A stretch of DNA of 55,530 nt, counting the filler, from Sphacelaria rigidula (taxonomy: Eukaryota), in the NCBI GenBank assembly GCA_964200075.2. It is 4 parts of 4 records of this genome, joined end to end, with 100 filler letters (N's around TTAATTAATTAA, not from the genome) between each part and the next. Parts side by side here need not be neighbours in the genome. Positions count along the whole stretch, not along the records: positions 27,821 to 41,625 come from CAXNAA020002654.1; positions 41,726 to 55,530 come from CAXNAA020002655.1; 2 more parts are not named here. One strand, given 5' to 3'. Position numbers and translations under genes: made by a program. Below, in pieces: positions 33,337-45,299 of the stretch. Below the pieces are notes generated by a model. That model saw only the letters and a program-made list of their open reading frames with translations, ran no database searches and was not told where the DNA came from. Positions within the stretch are counted from its first letter, which is position 1; the number at the start of each line of letters is the position of its first letter.

Positions 33337-35092
33337 GTGAGTCATACTCCAGGCAAACGTGGTGACGTCACTGATTTCCTTGCTCTACGAGTCGTGTGGT
33401 TGATTATGCTTAGGATCGCCGTCTGTTTTTCACTGTCATTGTTTGATGATGCTGTTCTTGCTGTTGTTTTCTCTGGAGAAGTGCATCGACGCAGCAAACA
33501 ATTAAACTCAAGTCGCGTGAGTGCTGCAGTATCGAATAAATGTGTGAGTTATAATCCAGGCGGTCTACTGCTTATTTGTGCCGTTGAATTGAACCAATAA
33601 ACAGGTCCGGGTCATTGAGGAGCGGGTCGGGTCATAAGGAGGTAGTATTGTATTGATATCTGTATTAGTGTTATCACAAAACTATGCGACAAGAAATTAA
33701 AACGACACCTACGTCCCAGGGAGGTTGAATATATAAACAAACAAGTGGCTTATGTTTTTTTTTTTTAGTTGGTTGTACAGTACCCTGGGGTACATAGGTG
33801 TGGCCAAAATATTTTCTGGAGACCGCGTTAGAAAGTTCTGGTATAATTGGCATTACTAGTATTGTGGGTATCTCTACTAATAGTACCAGTAGGTAACAGA
33901 ATATTTAGTATGAGTTGCCTTGCTGGTATTGTTGGTATTGTTGGTATCATTTCTTCAAGTTAGTATTCTGGGTTGGTAGTCGATCAGTCAGTGTGCGACA
34001 ACCAAGCATTGTGGCTATGATCCCGCACGGGGTGTGTTCGAATATCCAAGCTCCAGTAGTCATTATTTATTTTCGTTTCGGCTTAGTCCTGCCTTGCCTC
34101 GGGGTGTGAAGTCCACACGACACGACGGGAATATTATTGAATGGGCGAGCAACACTTGTATCAGGCATTGTGAGTGTGCCCCGCAATCGCCAGCTGTCCA
34201 TGTCATACTCCATTGTGAGTCGCATGACAACCAACCTTGTCTCGCTCGTCTCTATAACCGCACGTAGTGTGTTCCTCCTAGGGCGGAAGCTCATGAGTGT
34301 AGATCGGCGCGTGCACTGCGTCAAGTTGACGGGGAGTTCTAGTGGGTTCAGCCCCCACACTGCCTGTAGCAAAGATTTCCGAACGCTCAAGACGCCTACC
34401 CCACATGACTACCCCAAGTGACTGCCGTGAGGCAGTCTGGCCGAGCCTCCGGATAATCGGTGTACGAACCCGCTCGTGGGATAAGTGTTGGGTCAGGTCC
34501 CCTTCCTACAAAAGGGAAAACATGATGTGCACCTTGTTGGTGTTCTATACAGAATGCACAGGAGCGAGTCTCCGCGCTTATTGCAATACAGTATTGATTG
34601 ATATTATTATGGTGTGTTCTTATGGTGTTGTTGGTATTTTCCCTTGAATTGTCTTATTTGTTCCGCTGGTTCTGTCACGCCTTCATGGCTATAACAGTAC
34701 GTGGATAGATGAATCTCATCCCAAGACTCCTGACGCTTCGTGCCGTACCTAGCTCGTACTATGAAGAAAAACAATGTTTTTCGTATTGCACATAAATCGC
34801 ATCAGACTGAGCTGAACTGAGCAGAACTGGACTGGACTGGGCTGAACTAGACAAAGACTCCGGTCGTTGTTCTATGCAGTACTTCACTCTCTGTCCCCAC
34901 TTTGTGTACGAAATCGAATCGCGTCTGTTTGTAAAAAAATATCTGAATATATATGCCTGTTCATTTTCTGCCGATTTTGTCCTTGTTAAACGTTTTTAAC
35001 AGCACTAGGTTTTCACTGGCGTTGCACAATACAGCAATACAACACTATACATATCGATTGTTCGTCTGATGGTTGTTAATTCTTTTTTTCAG

Positions 35093-35174
35093 GATGCAAA
35101 TGAGAAATCGCTTCCGCTATATGAGGACCCCACTCAACCAGGCCATCGTTAAGCGATGGCGCTCCAAGTCACAG
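35093..35174 (+). CDS. PRORP: PRORP exon (MQMRNRFRYMRTPLNQAIVKRWRSKSQ)
   Basis: tttttttcAG acceptor, CAG|GTGCGT donor, phase 2 to 0. Conserved Trp before the DD motif. Confidence 0.85.
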
Positions 35175-36468
35175 GTGCGTCATATGCTCATAATGGCCAT
35201 CCATCCATCAAAAGCTTTTTTGTTGACTTTGTTTCGCTTTTATATATTTATACAGTATTTATCCCCTTTTTTTCTTTTCTTAGTCTACCCTGTCTATTTT
35301 ACCCTTCTGTATATTTTTTTCTTCAGCAAGTGTTTCCATTTAGTTTTCATCTGGGGTACGTCTTTCATGTGAAAACGGCTGGATCCCTGCGGCATCACTT
35401 GAAGCGTGACAATCACTCAAGCAATATGTCGTACAGTAGTCGGCGGTCTAACTATTCAGGGGTGTTTTGGGGTTTTCCTCGCGTGCCACTCTTCGATAGA
35501 ACTCGAAATTGCTAGCGTCGGTAGATTTTGGTGCAATAAACAGATTTCCCTCGAAACACCGCACCCGTGTGAGTGTTAGTTGGTGTCATCGGGCGATACG
35601 AGACTCCTTTATCAGGAGGGTGTTATTGACCGTGAAACACAGTTTTTCGGCTCTAGTGCAACGAGTAGGTAGAAATTCAAAAAAATAAAACTGCACATTT
35701 CTCCATAAACATGATCGGGATAGGCTCGATCGACCGATAATACCGAAGAGTAATTATCTGGGCTAAAACGTGGCAGGACCCCCGATGATCGGTCAGCAAG
35801 TGAGTCACTGAATATTGTGCACAGACAATTTTTTTCCTTGGAATGTGGAGCGGATACAAATAGCTTCGGATCCCCAATGTGATGAGCGGTGCCAAGCGAA
35901 AAAAGCCCGAGAAAATCGCCAATTACGAAAAAATAACAAAATACCACAAAACAAATTGTTAGACCGCCCACTACTGTATGCCACTGCCATGACCATTTTT
36001 CGCGCTATCGTCTCTGTATAATGTACGCGGTAAGATTCAAATGTGTACGTTTCGATACGGTTCCCCGTACTTCGTTTTGTAGCACACTTGAAATAACGCC
36101 ATTTTACAACTACATCTTCTCCCCCCTCTATTTTGCGTATACAGTACGTGTGCATGAAGGTGCCTCTTCGCCCTTTGCATTTTTTCGTCCGGTTGAGACT
36201 CTGTTGGAATGGTCGATCGCGAAGTTTCTTTAATGTTTTTTTGTTCTTACTTTTCTGGTGTGTGTTTTTTTTCTGGTTCAGACGTATGATGTGCTGCTCC
36301 GTTAAGGCTTTCGATAACTGCACTGTACCCGTTTTGGTGCTGCTGGTGCTGTTACTGCACCTGTTATTAACCTTTTGTCCTTTTTTTATTTTGCCGTGTC
36401 ATGATCCATTGTTGCTGATTTCTGTTATCGTTCGTTTTGTTGGCTGTTTGTACATGTTTTTGCGTCAG

Positions 36469-36572
36469 GTTTTCGAGTGCTCAGATGAAGCTTCAGACGA
36501 CTGGTATTGGATGTACGCTGCCGTAGCATTCGACGATATTCCCATGACGGTCATCTCCAACGACAAAACCAG
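36469..36572 (+). CDS. PRORP: PRORP exon, catalytic motifs (ASDDWYWMYAAV...VISNDKTR)
   Basis: Hallmark DDWYWLYAAV-like and (T/S)ND motifs, with canonical splice sites. Confidence 0.93.
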
Positions 36573-37313
36573 GTGACGGATGATGGCCTAGAGTAAGTAG
36601 CATTGCGAACCCCCAAGAGAAGGAAGCGTGAGTCGTGACCCTGACTCTAATGACGGATGATACTGTGAACATATATATATATACATATACATATTTAAAA
36701 ATCAATTAATTGCGCGCGATGTCTTCAACTCGTCAAGTTTCAATGGTTCGCAGTTGATATACACAGCGCCACCTTCTACTCTTCAGCTTTAGTGCAGGAT
36801 GACCACTGCAATACTACCGGGGTACATGTATAGGTGCAGGTCTGTGGTGGCATGGGTTCCATCATTTCTCTCTCTCTCTGCGGCGCTGGGGTACCACCGT
36901 AGTGTGGAATCTCCCCCCTCCCCCCGCAGTTCTATGGCGCACTGTCGTAGTTCCTTCCTCGCAGTACTGTGTTCTTGGTGCCCACACGTACTCCCTTGCT
37001 CCGGCTCTGTCTCTGCCACTTGAGATACTTGCTCGCTGGGTATGGATCGATCCGCTGACGCATCTGTAGCCTCATATTTGCCGTCCCTCATGCGTCATGC
37101 GTCCGCTATCTCATGCAGGAATGATCGTCTGGCATTAACCAAATACTCCGTGCATCGGGGACGTAGGCACTCGGTGCTTCGAATACCCCGTAAACCCGAA
37201 CACCCAGGAGGCTCGACACTACAAATATCTGGTGAACGCCGGAGCATGTTATCCTACGCTAATTGCATGTGCTGCTGTTATGCTACCATCCCTCGCGTTG
37301 TGTTGTTATCCAG

Positions 37314-37419
37314 GGATCACCGCATGTCTCTCGCAGAGCCGGTGCCGTTTCTGAGGTGGCGAACGACGCAACTCGCCCAGTTTGATTTGAGCTTCGGCCT
37401 TCTCAACGCCGCCAGACAG
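37314..37419 (+). CDS. PRORP: PRORP exon (DHRMSLAEPVPFLRWRTTQLAQFDLSF)
   Basis: Completes RDH across the junction. F.RW motif and CAG|GTAGGT donor. Confidence 0.9.
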
Positions 37420-37800
37420 GTAGGTCACTGTAGTGAATCATTCACGCCGTCTCATGTTTTGTTTCGAAATTAATATCACTATATATATATATATTCCAGT
37501 TTACGAAAGAGCTGTTGATTGACCGAGTAGATGTTGTAGAGATTACTTCCGGGGTAAACGCTTAATTTTGTACAAAAGGATTTCATCAGACGTGTTGTTG
37601 TACTGCATGGATATACATTCATTTAATGTGTCTCCGGTGAAACATCGTTATCGTGATGTATCAACTATCGTGGGCCTAAATTTGGGGACGTAATGTGCGT
37701 TATCTAACATTCATCTGCGTGGCATATCCCTTCTGTGGCTCATGTGCGACGTTCCTTGCTGCCCTCTTCCATTCCCGTTTTCTTTTGAACTTCACATCAG

Positions 37801-37899
37801 GGGAGACCAGTGAACTCCCACGGCTGGCCCTTAACTCCGCCGACGGTGGCAATCCAGTCATCTCCTACTTTCACGCGCGACGTCCAAAGAACCGTCCAG
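37801..37899 (+). CDS. PRORP: PRORP exon (GRPVNSHGWPLTPPTVAIQSSPTFTRDVQRTVQ)
   Basis: catcAG acceptor, CAG|GTGCTT donor, phase 0 to 0. P.F...VQ corresponds to the PPPYS..IQ segment of plant PRORPs. Confidence 0.78.
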
Positions 37900-38689
37900 G
37901 TGCTTACTCAGCGTATCCAGCACCGTACTTCAGTATTATCATATTCCAGACCTTTTTTTTTTACTTGAGCTTTCTGCAGCCAGTCTTTTCCGGTTTTTTT
38001 CACACCGTAAGGGCATCTATGTCGTGAAGGGGCTGAAGTTCGCAGGGGATCCGATGATTTGAAATGAACGATGATAAAACTAAATAGTTTCTGTGTACGG
38101 TCTTTTACAAATTTCGACACCAATATAAAAGTTATACTCCAGTCACGAGTCGCTTCTTCTGTGGTACTCGCGAAATTCGAAAGAAATTCGAGGGTGTTTC
38201 ACCCGTTCCGAATTCTGAAAAGGTCTACGAGCGTCACACTCGATGTTACTTACATGGCGTACGTTCGCTCGAAATGTTGCTACTGTATCCCCTTTGCGTT
38301 TGCCATGTAGGCCTTGCCCTGCTGCCACGACTGTTTTTTTGTGCTGTGTATTTTAATCGTGGAGGAGCGACATATGTTCGCGTAACCTCTCTCTCTCTCT
38401 CTCTCTGTCGCTTGGCGTTGGGCTACCCAATTCCACACGTATTGCATTCTGTCCGGAGTAGCTGCTGCGCAAGCGTCCGAAGGTCATGCTCCCCGCTAAT
38501 GCCCTGGTACATAAGATTAATCTCCCGGAATGTGTGAAGGCGTTGCCGCCGCAACCCTGGGTTCTGACCGGTACATTCCAAGTCGATTAGGGCGGAAGGT
38601 TGAATACTCGAAATTCCGATAACCACTTTTTTGTTTTTCGTTTTCACTTTTTTCTCTCAATATAACCTGGTTTTCGTCGTCGGAAAACG

Positions 38690-38900
38690 TGGGGACGTGC
38701 GTAGCAGCGAATGAAGTTTCATTCGGCGAGAGTCGACAGAGCGCGGGATTGCTGATGGTCATGATCCAACCGATGCGCGATTACTAAGTAAAACTAGAGC
38801 ATGTACCGGGGGGGGGAGATGGGTTGATGATCCCTCCTAGACTATGGACTCGTGCCGAGGAGGGGTAGGGATTTAGAATATGACGAAGAACAGAGAACAA
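38690..38900 (+). mobile_element. Truncated, diverged SINE body
   Basis: gcgagagtcgac...gctgatggtcatgatccaa...tgtaccggggggggagatggg...gactcgtgccgaggagggg. Confidence 0.55.
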
Positions 38901-38983
38901 AATGAGGGCACTGTGTTTACACGGGGGATTGACTTCCTTGAGGGCTGCGCTCCTAATTCTGTCGTGGAGGTCAGTTTTTTTGG

Positions 38984-39364
38984 GCGCCGCGCCTCTGTGG
39001 TATATCGATCCGATTGTTTCCATTTGGGCAAAGAGAGCGTAGGTTCAATTCCTAATGCGTTGGTTTTCTTTGTTGGAATTGTCTGATTTTTACCGTCAAA
39101 AGGCGTGAGTACGTGAGTAAATCAAGAGTAGTTGACTGAGCTTGTCTGACGAGAGTTGACGCGGTGCGGGAGCGCTGATGGTCATCATCCAATCCGCGAG
39201 ACCAAAATGCGAGGCGTGTGCCCGGGAGAGATGGGTCGATCCCTTGAGACCATAGACTCGTCCCGACGAAGGGCGTACTCATTTGTTGCTTGCCTTAGTC
39301 ATTTGACCATTGACCGTCCCGACGAAGGGGAGGGAGGGGGTCAAAGTGTGACAAAGATAAAAAG
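38984..39364 (+). mobile_element. Near full-length tRNA-derived SINE carrying a nested retroposon tail
   Basis: B-box ggttcaattcc at 39042-39052. Colinear with the reverse complement of 892-1178. Confidence 0.75.
39274..39314 (-). mobile_element. ~41-bp family-1 retroposon tail with 14-15-bp TSD
   Basis: The reverse complement of gtcaatggtcaaatgactaaggcaagcaacaaatgagtacg lies between two copies of cgtcccgacgaaggg (39259-39273, 39315-39329). Confidence 0.9.
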
Positions 39365-39812
39365 TGTGCGGTACACGCAGGTTGCTTAGGGTTGAGGGTG
39401 AAGCTCTGCATGAAAGCGGGTCAGCTAGAGCATGATGCCCAACCAATGGGGGAAACCCCTTGGCGAACTATACTTTGGAGGACGGTCTTGTACAACTTCG
39501 AGAACACCAGGAACGTTATTATTCTGATCTCGCGAACCAGTGGTCACAGACGTAGGCTTGCCTTTCCAATACCGTCCCTGCAATTTCTTACAAGCCACAT
39601 CACCCAAAATAAAAATAAAAATAGAGACGCCACGAAAAAGGAACGCGCTCACCATAAAAAAAAAAAACATGATCACTACATCCTTAATGACCCCCCACGC
39701 ACTTCTGAGGGTTCCTCTTTGCCCCCCTCACATACCACTTTTTCGTTCTTGTTTTTTTATTTGGTTTTTATTCCGTATCGTGTGTGGTGCGGTGGCTTGG
39801 TGCTTGGTGCAG

Positions 39813-40214
39813 GGATGCTGGCACCTTCCCGTCGGGGCCGAAGACGATTGGCTCTGCTTGAATGTACCTCGCGGGTTGGAGCTAGGTCTCCACAGGCTCA
39901 CGCAACGATTGCCGGTGCAACGCCGAAATGTGCAGCAAAATGAGTTGCCAACACTAACAATACCTTCACCAGCACAACAAGAGCAGCATGAACAGCATTT
40001 AGAGGGTTCAGTGGGTGTGATAGGCGAGGGTCAGTCCGGGGGTGGGTTCGATGTAGCTGGGATTGACGATGGGGTTTCCATCGGAGATAATGGCGATGTC
40101 GGCGAGGGGCACAGGGGCACGGACCGGAGTGGTGGACAGAGGGCTGACACCAATCTCAGAAAGGCGAGTGTGGTGTGCGATTTGTGTGGTATTGCACTCT
40201 CTCCTGCTAAGTAG
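39813..40214 (+). CDS. PRORP: PRORP probable last exon (GCWHLPVGAEDDWLCL plus low-complexity tail); 3' boundary uncertain
   Basis: WH.P and WLC zinc ligands, open to TAG at 40214. A possible GC donor AAG|GCGAGT follows 40163. Confidence 0.8.
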   Translation, partial: GCWHLPVGAEDDWLCLNVPRGLELGLHRLTQRLPVQRRNVQQNELPTLTIPSPAQQEQHEQHLEGSVGVIGEGQSGGGFDVAGIDDGVSIGDNGDVGEGHRGTDRSGGQRADTNLRKASVVCDLCGIALSPAK

Positions 40215-41431
40215 TCGCTTGACTTCGTACGCATCATGTAGTCGGTTTTTATAGGACGGGTTGTTTTTTAACTTTGCTCTTTTTTTGTTTTTGTTTCTCC
40301 CCCGTCGAAATAATGTGTTTGGACCGAGGAAGGAAAAATTGAGATCCTAAATATAATCCGGCATTTGCTTGCTCCTGCCTCCTAACGATGTAATCAAGCT
40401 TCTGGTGGCTTCCACACATTGAAAGATTTGGAGAGATAGCGCCCGACATGTTTCTTTTGTACGAAAAAGGACCTCTTGAAGCAATTGAAGCAAGGCGTGC
40501 TTAAGTCACGACCGGTAGATGATGGTGCGTAACACCCCCCAGATGATACATTTTTGGGGCCTGAAAAGTCATCACCGAGGCATGATAGTCGGGAGGGACT
40601 ATGCGATACAGTATGCAAGGGAAGAGTATGGTGCTGGGAGTAGCGGAAAGTCTATGGTCGGGGGTGGTATTCAAAGTACTGGTGCACTGTGTAGCGGACG
40701 GTACATACCGCTCGCCGTCGGGTTGCAATGACACTGGTGAGTAACAACGGTTGATTGCTTGATTGGTTGGTTGGATGATCTATGGTTGCGCATCAACGTT
40801 AACTAGTCCCACTAAAATCCAGCCGCGGTCATAAGGTCCACGCACCCGAGAAACGATGAAGAGGCAAAAAATACGAGCAAAGGTCAACAAATGCGTGAAC
40901 ATGCTTTTCGATCCTGGATACCTGATACTCGGCAGAATCATGCAAAATCTGCTAACCAAGAGCTCCAAAGTCCATGTTTCACGGAGAGGCCAGCGTCACC
41001 CGGAAAACTGTGTATGGATGTATCTTGCCTGAAATACGGAGCAAAACAATGGGGTATGGCAATATCCTCGTGTTTACGTAGAAGTTGATCCCGTCGCCAT
41101 CAAGTGAACCTTAGGCGTTGACGTGATGCCCGATACTAGGACCCGGCACTCCTTTGGCATATCCATAACATCTAAAGGCAGAGTAGGCATAATTCATGGA
41201 CTTGGCCAGCATGCCGACGGTGTGGTGGGCGGGCTACATATACCAACTTTCATGTCCCAAGATGTCTGTATGTGTGCTTCTCCGTCGGCCGCTCGTGCTC
41301 AAATCGTCTCTATCGAGCCGTCACAAAGATTTCGCCTATCTCACAGCCGGCAATTAACGGCGGGGCAGGGGTAATGGGTAAAATGTAGGTAATGCAGCGA
41401 TACTCCGCCCCCCCCTTCTCCTTTCTCACCA

Positions 41432-41625
41432 GTCTGGTCCGGCGAGAACCCGGCGTGCTCCGTCCGGGCTTTGTAGGGGCGGACCCCCGATGGGGTTGAC
41501 GTCGGTTGGCGATGACGCTATAAAACCGCCACTCACTGCGTAAGCTAGGCAACCAGGTTACCATTTGCTTTTGCGCGCTTGCATTTTTCTTGCGGTAATC
41601 GTGATGGTGGTCGAGCTAGATCATG
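41432..41625 (+). mobile_element. Family-2-related repeat at the contig end
   Basis: Colinear with 12348-12505. Confidence 0.6.
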
Positions 41626-41725
41626 NNNNNNNNNNNNNNNNNNNNNNNNNNNNNNNNNNNNNNNNNNNNTTAATTAATTAANNNNNNNNNNNNNNNNNNN
41701 NNNNNNNNNNNNNNNNNNNNNNNNN
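41626..41725. other. Artificial contig linker
   Basis: N44-TTAATTAATTAA-N44. Confidence 0.97.
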
Positions 41726-41790
41726 GGGATGCGAGGTCAATGGTCTTATGACTATGGCATGCATGATCATGAGTACACCCCCCCCCTCCT
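41726..41790 (+). mobile_element. Family-2 retroposon 3' tail at the contig start
   Basis: gggatgcgaggtcaatggtcttatgactatggcatgcatgatcatgagtaca followed by a C run. Confidence 0.7.
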
Positions 41791-42758
41791 CCACACACAC
41801 ACACACACACGCACTCAACTCCCTTAGCTTTATGTCGTCTTGCCCGGGTAGTAGGTTGTCGACCTAGTCAGACAGAATTGTCAATCTTGTTTTTCGTGTT
41901 CGAGGATTGGATCGTCCCGACAAGTTTCCAGACATTTGGAGGGAATCGCTCCAAAACTTCCCACGTATATCGTGCTCGTGCCGGGCAGGAATCTTCCGGC
42001 AATGGCTGAAAATTCAATGTTGCTTTTGGTTTCCCGAGAGCAAAATTTGAAAATCTGCAGTTTGTTGCAAGTAATTATCTCATTCGGAATATCACGCCAT
42101 CGTCCATCCACGCGGATGATTTGGATTACGCATCAGTCATGAAATTCTCACGAGTTGTTCTTCATATCTCTTGTGCATGTATGTACCGTCCGTCATTAGT
42201 ACAGCATAGGACGGCACAGATCAGACACACATTTTCCCTACGCCTGTCGTGTGTACAGGACGTATCGACCGTGCCTTTCTCCGTATTTGGTTCATATTAG
42301 TACGATTTATGTTGTACAGGTACATTTTGTCCACAAGTGATGACTGTAGTGGTGTGCAAAGGATGTCTTACACTGGTCGTCGATTTGCAATGTCGATTGC
42401 TTCCACGTGATGAAGACAGTATGACTCGTATCCATGACCACTGCGGCAGAAACGATCACGAACACGTTCCCCCATCTGTGATTCGTACGACACGAATCAA
42501 ACGTAGTCTGATTCCATCTGCGTTTGCCTAGCACAAGCCAACCATACGTTGCATTCCCGCTTGCGATTCGTACAGCATGAATCGAACGTGCACAATTGGG
42601 CCACGTCTGAATTGTGCTTGAGTGATGATACGAGTATTGAATCGTGTCTTGACGTGTGTGTGAAGATAATTGTAATCGTACTACTCACCGCCACGTGTTG
42701 ATTCGTCATAATTCAATGAACCTCTTTGAGCGCTCGCAAGAGTCGCATACGATTGAAG

Positions 42759-42841
42759 ACCGCCGAAGGGATTTGAACCCTTACACTCTCTGCGAAACGC
42801 AATCGAACGCAAAGTGTTCTCTCCACTTGAGCTACGTCGGT
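42759..42841 (-). other. 83-nt tRNA-like element (pseudo-tRNA or SINE head) with non-canonical anticodon arm
   Basis: Acceptor stem ACCGACG/CGGCGGT (6/7 paired), A-box TAGCTCAAGTGG and perfect T-arm AAGGG-TTCAAAT-CCCTT. Confidence 0.6.
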
Positions 42842-43394
42842 AGCGTTGAGTGGACAGGACAGAGGTCGATTGAACTCGACAGACAGAGTGGAGGTGGGGA
42901 GAAGAAGAGTTATTGTGATTGTAAGATGAGGTGGGGATGATCTGCGATCTATCCATGCAGCTCATCTCAGACGACAGGACATGGATCAAGGGACCATGTA
43001 CCAACAGACATTGACCTGGAGTTCAGTTCGACGTGTAGATCACCTTGGGTTCGGCGTGTACAACGTTCTATGACTCTTGAGCATACTGTATTCCGTCTGA
43101 TATTGTCCCGAGATTACGAGACAAATAGACCATCCTCCGAAGATCTCACGGACGTCTGAGGAACCTTCCTCAGTGCTAGAACGTTTCCATGGATAGAACC
43201 AATACTTGGTAAAAGGTTCTTGGACAGCACTATAAGGTATATTGGGTTCGCACAAGTGTGATTCACACTCGTACGTTTTCCGACATTCATCTGCCGTTTT
43301 TTTTCTTATCTTTTTTCATATTTGCACATCAGACAACAATTAAAGAAGCAAACTACATGTTTGCATCCGTGACTGTTTATTTTGGAGAGACCAG

Positions 43395-43599
43395 GACTGA
43401 TTGGGAAAAGCGGGCAGGGTCGTGGAGGCGAGAGCTGCAGAAGAAACGATCTGCAGAGAAAACAGAGGCGAACAGAAAGGCGCCCCTGCCCGCGATACCT
43501 CCTGAGCTTCGCTGTCCAGGGTGGTGCAGAGACTTCAAAAGTCGGAACGGAGTGGTGCCGTACCACGTGTCACCTATTGTGGCTTCTCCGGAGCAGGAG
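43395..43599 (+). CDS. TRMT2A: TRMT2A-like exon (...VSPIVASPEQE); acceptor position tentative
   Basis: Donor GAG|GTGAAA in phase 0. I..SP directly precedes GYRNK in this family. Confidence 0.72.
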
Positions 43600-44156
43600 G
43601 TGAAAGCATGAACCCGTGTGTTGTCATGATTTGATCGTCACGTCACATAACTTCCCGCTACGGAACAGCGGTGTAGACATCGTGGTCCATCGACTGGCTG
43701 ATTTTGATTGCTTTGTCGCACTTTTGACTGATCGCCCAGGTAGTCATGATCCAGCCGCGTTCATTATCCACATGGTAGACGTACTCGAGACAAAACGAAA
43801 CTGACACTGAAACGCTCCCTGAAAGAAAGTGAAGAGAACAGGAAAAAGGTAGGACAGACAAACAAGAAAAGAAAAGAAAAAAAGAGAAAAGAAAAAAAGA
43901 GAAAATAAAATGGAAAGAACGGGGCATGGTCCGATTCCTGGGTAGCCGCGAAGTTTTGTTGGGGCGACGGAATCACGGCAGTTTTGTTTTATAGTATAGT
44001 ACCGTACTGTAGTTGTAGTAGCTTTCCACGAGGCGGTCATCCTCCATTTTTGGGACATGCCTCCACACCTTTGCTTTAAACCCACGTCAGCAGGGTCACC
44101 AGTGGATGCGATGATTGGATGAATCCACAGATCGTCCCATGCGTCTAACCGTGCAG

Positions 44157-44288
44157 GGGTACCGAAACAAGTGCGAGTTCACCATTGCCGTGGACAAAGA
44201 GAACGCTCCCACAACGGGCTTCATCTCCGGACGATTCAGGCATGGGGCGGCACCCAGATGCACGGAGTCTCCGCAAGACTGTCCGCAG
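44157..44288 (+). CDS. TRMT2A: TRMT2A-like exon (GYRNKCEFTIAVDKENAPTTGFISGRFRHG...DCPQ)
   Basis: ctaac branch point, gtgcAG acceptor, CAG|GTGTGG donor and the YRNKCEF hallmark. Confidence 0.92.
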
Positions 44289-45299
44289 GTGTGGTTTGTG
44301 CAGAACGCCTTCGAGAAAAAAGAGCTTGTTTAAAAAAAAAAAATGTTCGACACTTGTTGTTGACAGGCTTGCGGCGGGCGATTGTTGCCGTGAAAATTCT
44401 TCATTTTTTTTCTGTTTTGACATGACGAGTAGCCCCACCCATTTTTTCCCGTTTTTTTTTTTTTTTTTCCTGTCCAGTCATTTCAAACCGGCCATACTTT
44501 GCGGCTGTTCGATATCCTCGCCTTGGTGGCAGTGGTGGTGTTCGGAGTGGGGCTGTTGCCTCTTTCGTAATAGTTCAAGTGTTGAAGTCACGCACGGTGT
44601 CCCAGGTGGTTATTCGAGTCAAACGTTTGTTCTTGCGAGAGTTATCGACCGCATTTTCACGCTTGCCTGATGCCCCGACCCCTTGACTGTTTCGATGGTG
44701 CACCGATCCTAAATGAATATTTTCTTCAAGTACAAGCTTGTTTCAGTTTCGTTTTTCTTGGGTACGTCTATCATGAGACCATGGCTGGACCCCTGGGGGG
44801 TCAGTCAAAGTGCGACAATCAATAAAAAAAAAAAAACAAGCGCCACCAGATGAAAACCCAGCGCTTGCAGTTTTGCGCGTGCTTCACGATGCTATACGTG
44901 CTGTTTCGTACCCGCGGGCTGTATGTGGTACATCCCAGGCATGCTGAATCGTGAAATTCTGTGGCTTATATCCAGGAAAAATGGAAAAAGGTACAGGCTG
45001 ATTCGTGGAACACTCCAGTAGTTCACTGGGTAGCCATTCATCACGTCCGTTTTCAAGAGTGGGGATACCAAGTTTAATAAAAATGTTCCTGAAGGCAAGC
45101 TTGCGGTCGATAATGTGTGTCTGCGTGTCTTGCGTGTGCCGATTGAGTTTCGCGCGGTTTCACCAATATCGCGGACCCCCCCCCTCCCGTCCCAAAAACT
45201 GGGGAGAGACCGAGCGAAAATTCATTGATGGCATACGCATCTTCGACCTCGGGCTTGCCTTCGCTAACATGTGCGTAAAAAAAATTGGCGTCCTAACTC

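Larger units (their letters stand above)
28617..40214 (+). other. PRORP: Gene span (5'-partial): proteinaceous RNase P, join(28617-28813,31218-31350,32527-32603,33226-33336,35093-35174,36469-36572,37314-37419,37801-37899,39813-40214)
   Basis: Nine GT-AG-bounded exons splice in one open frame. Motif order CxxC, VIDSANVAY, PLVVI, SDDWYWMYAAV, ISND..RDH, FLRW, WHLP, WLC matches the PRORP zinc and NYN domains. Confidence 0.9.
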
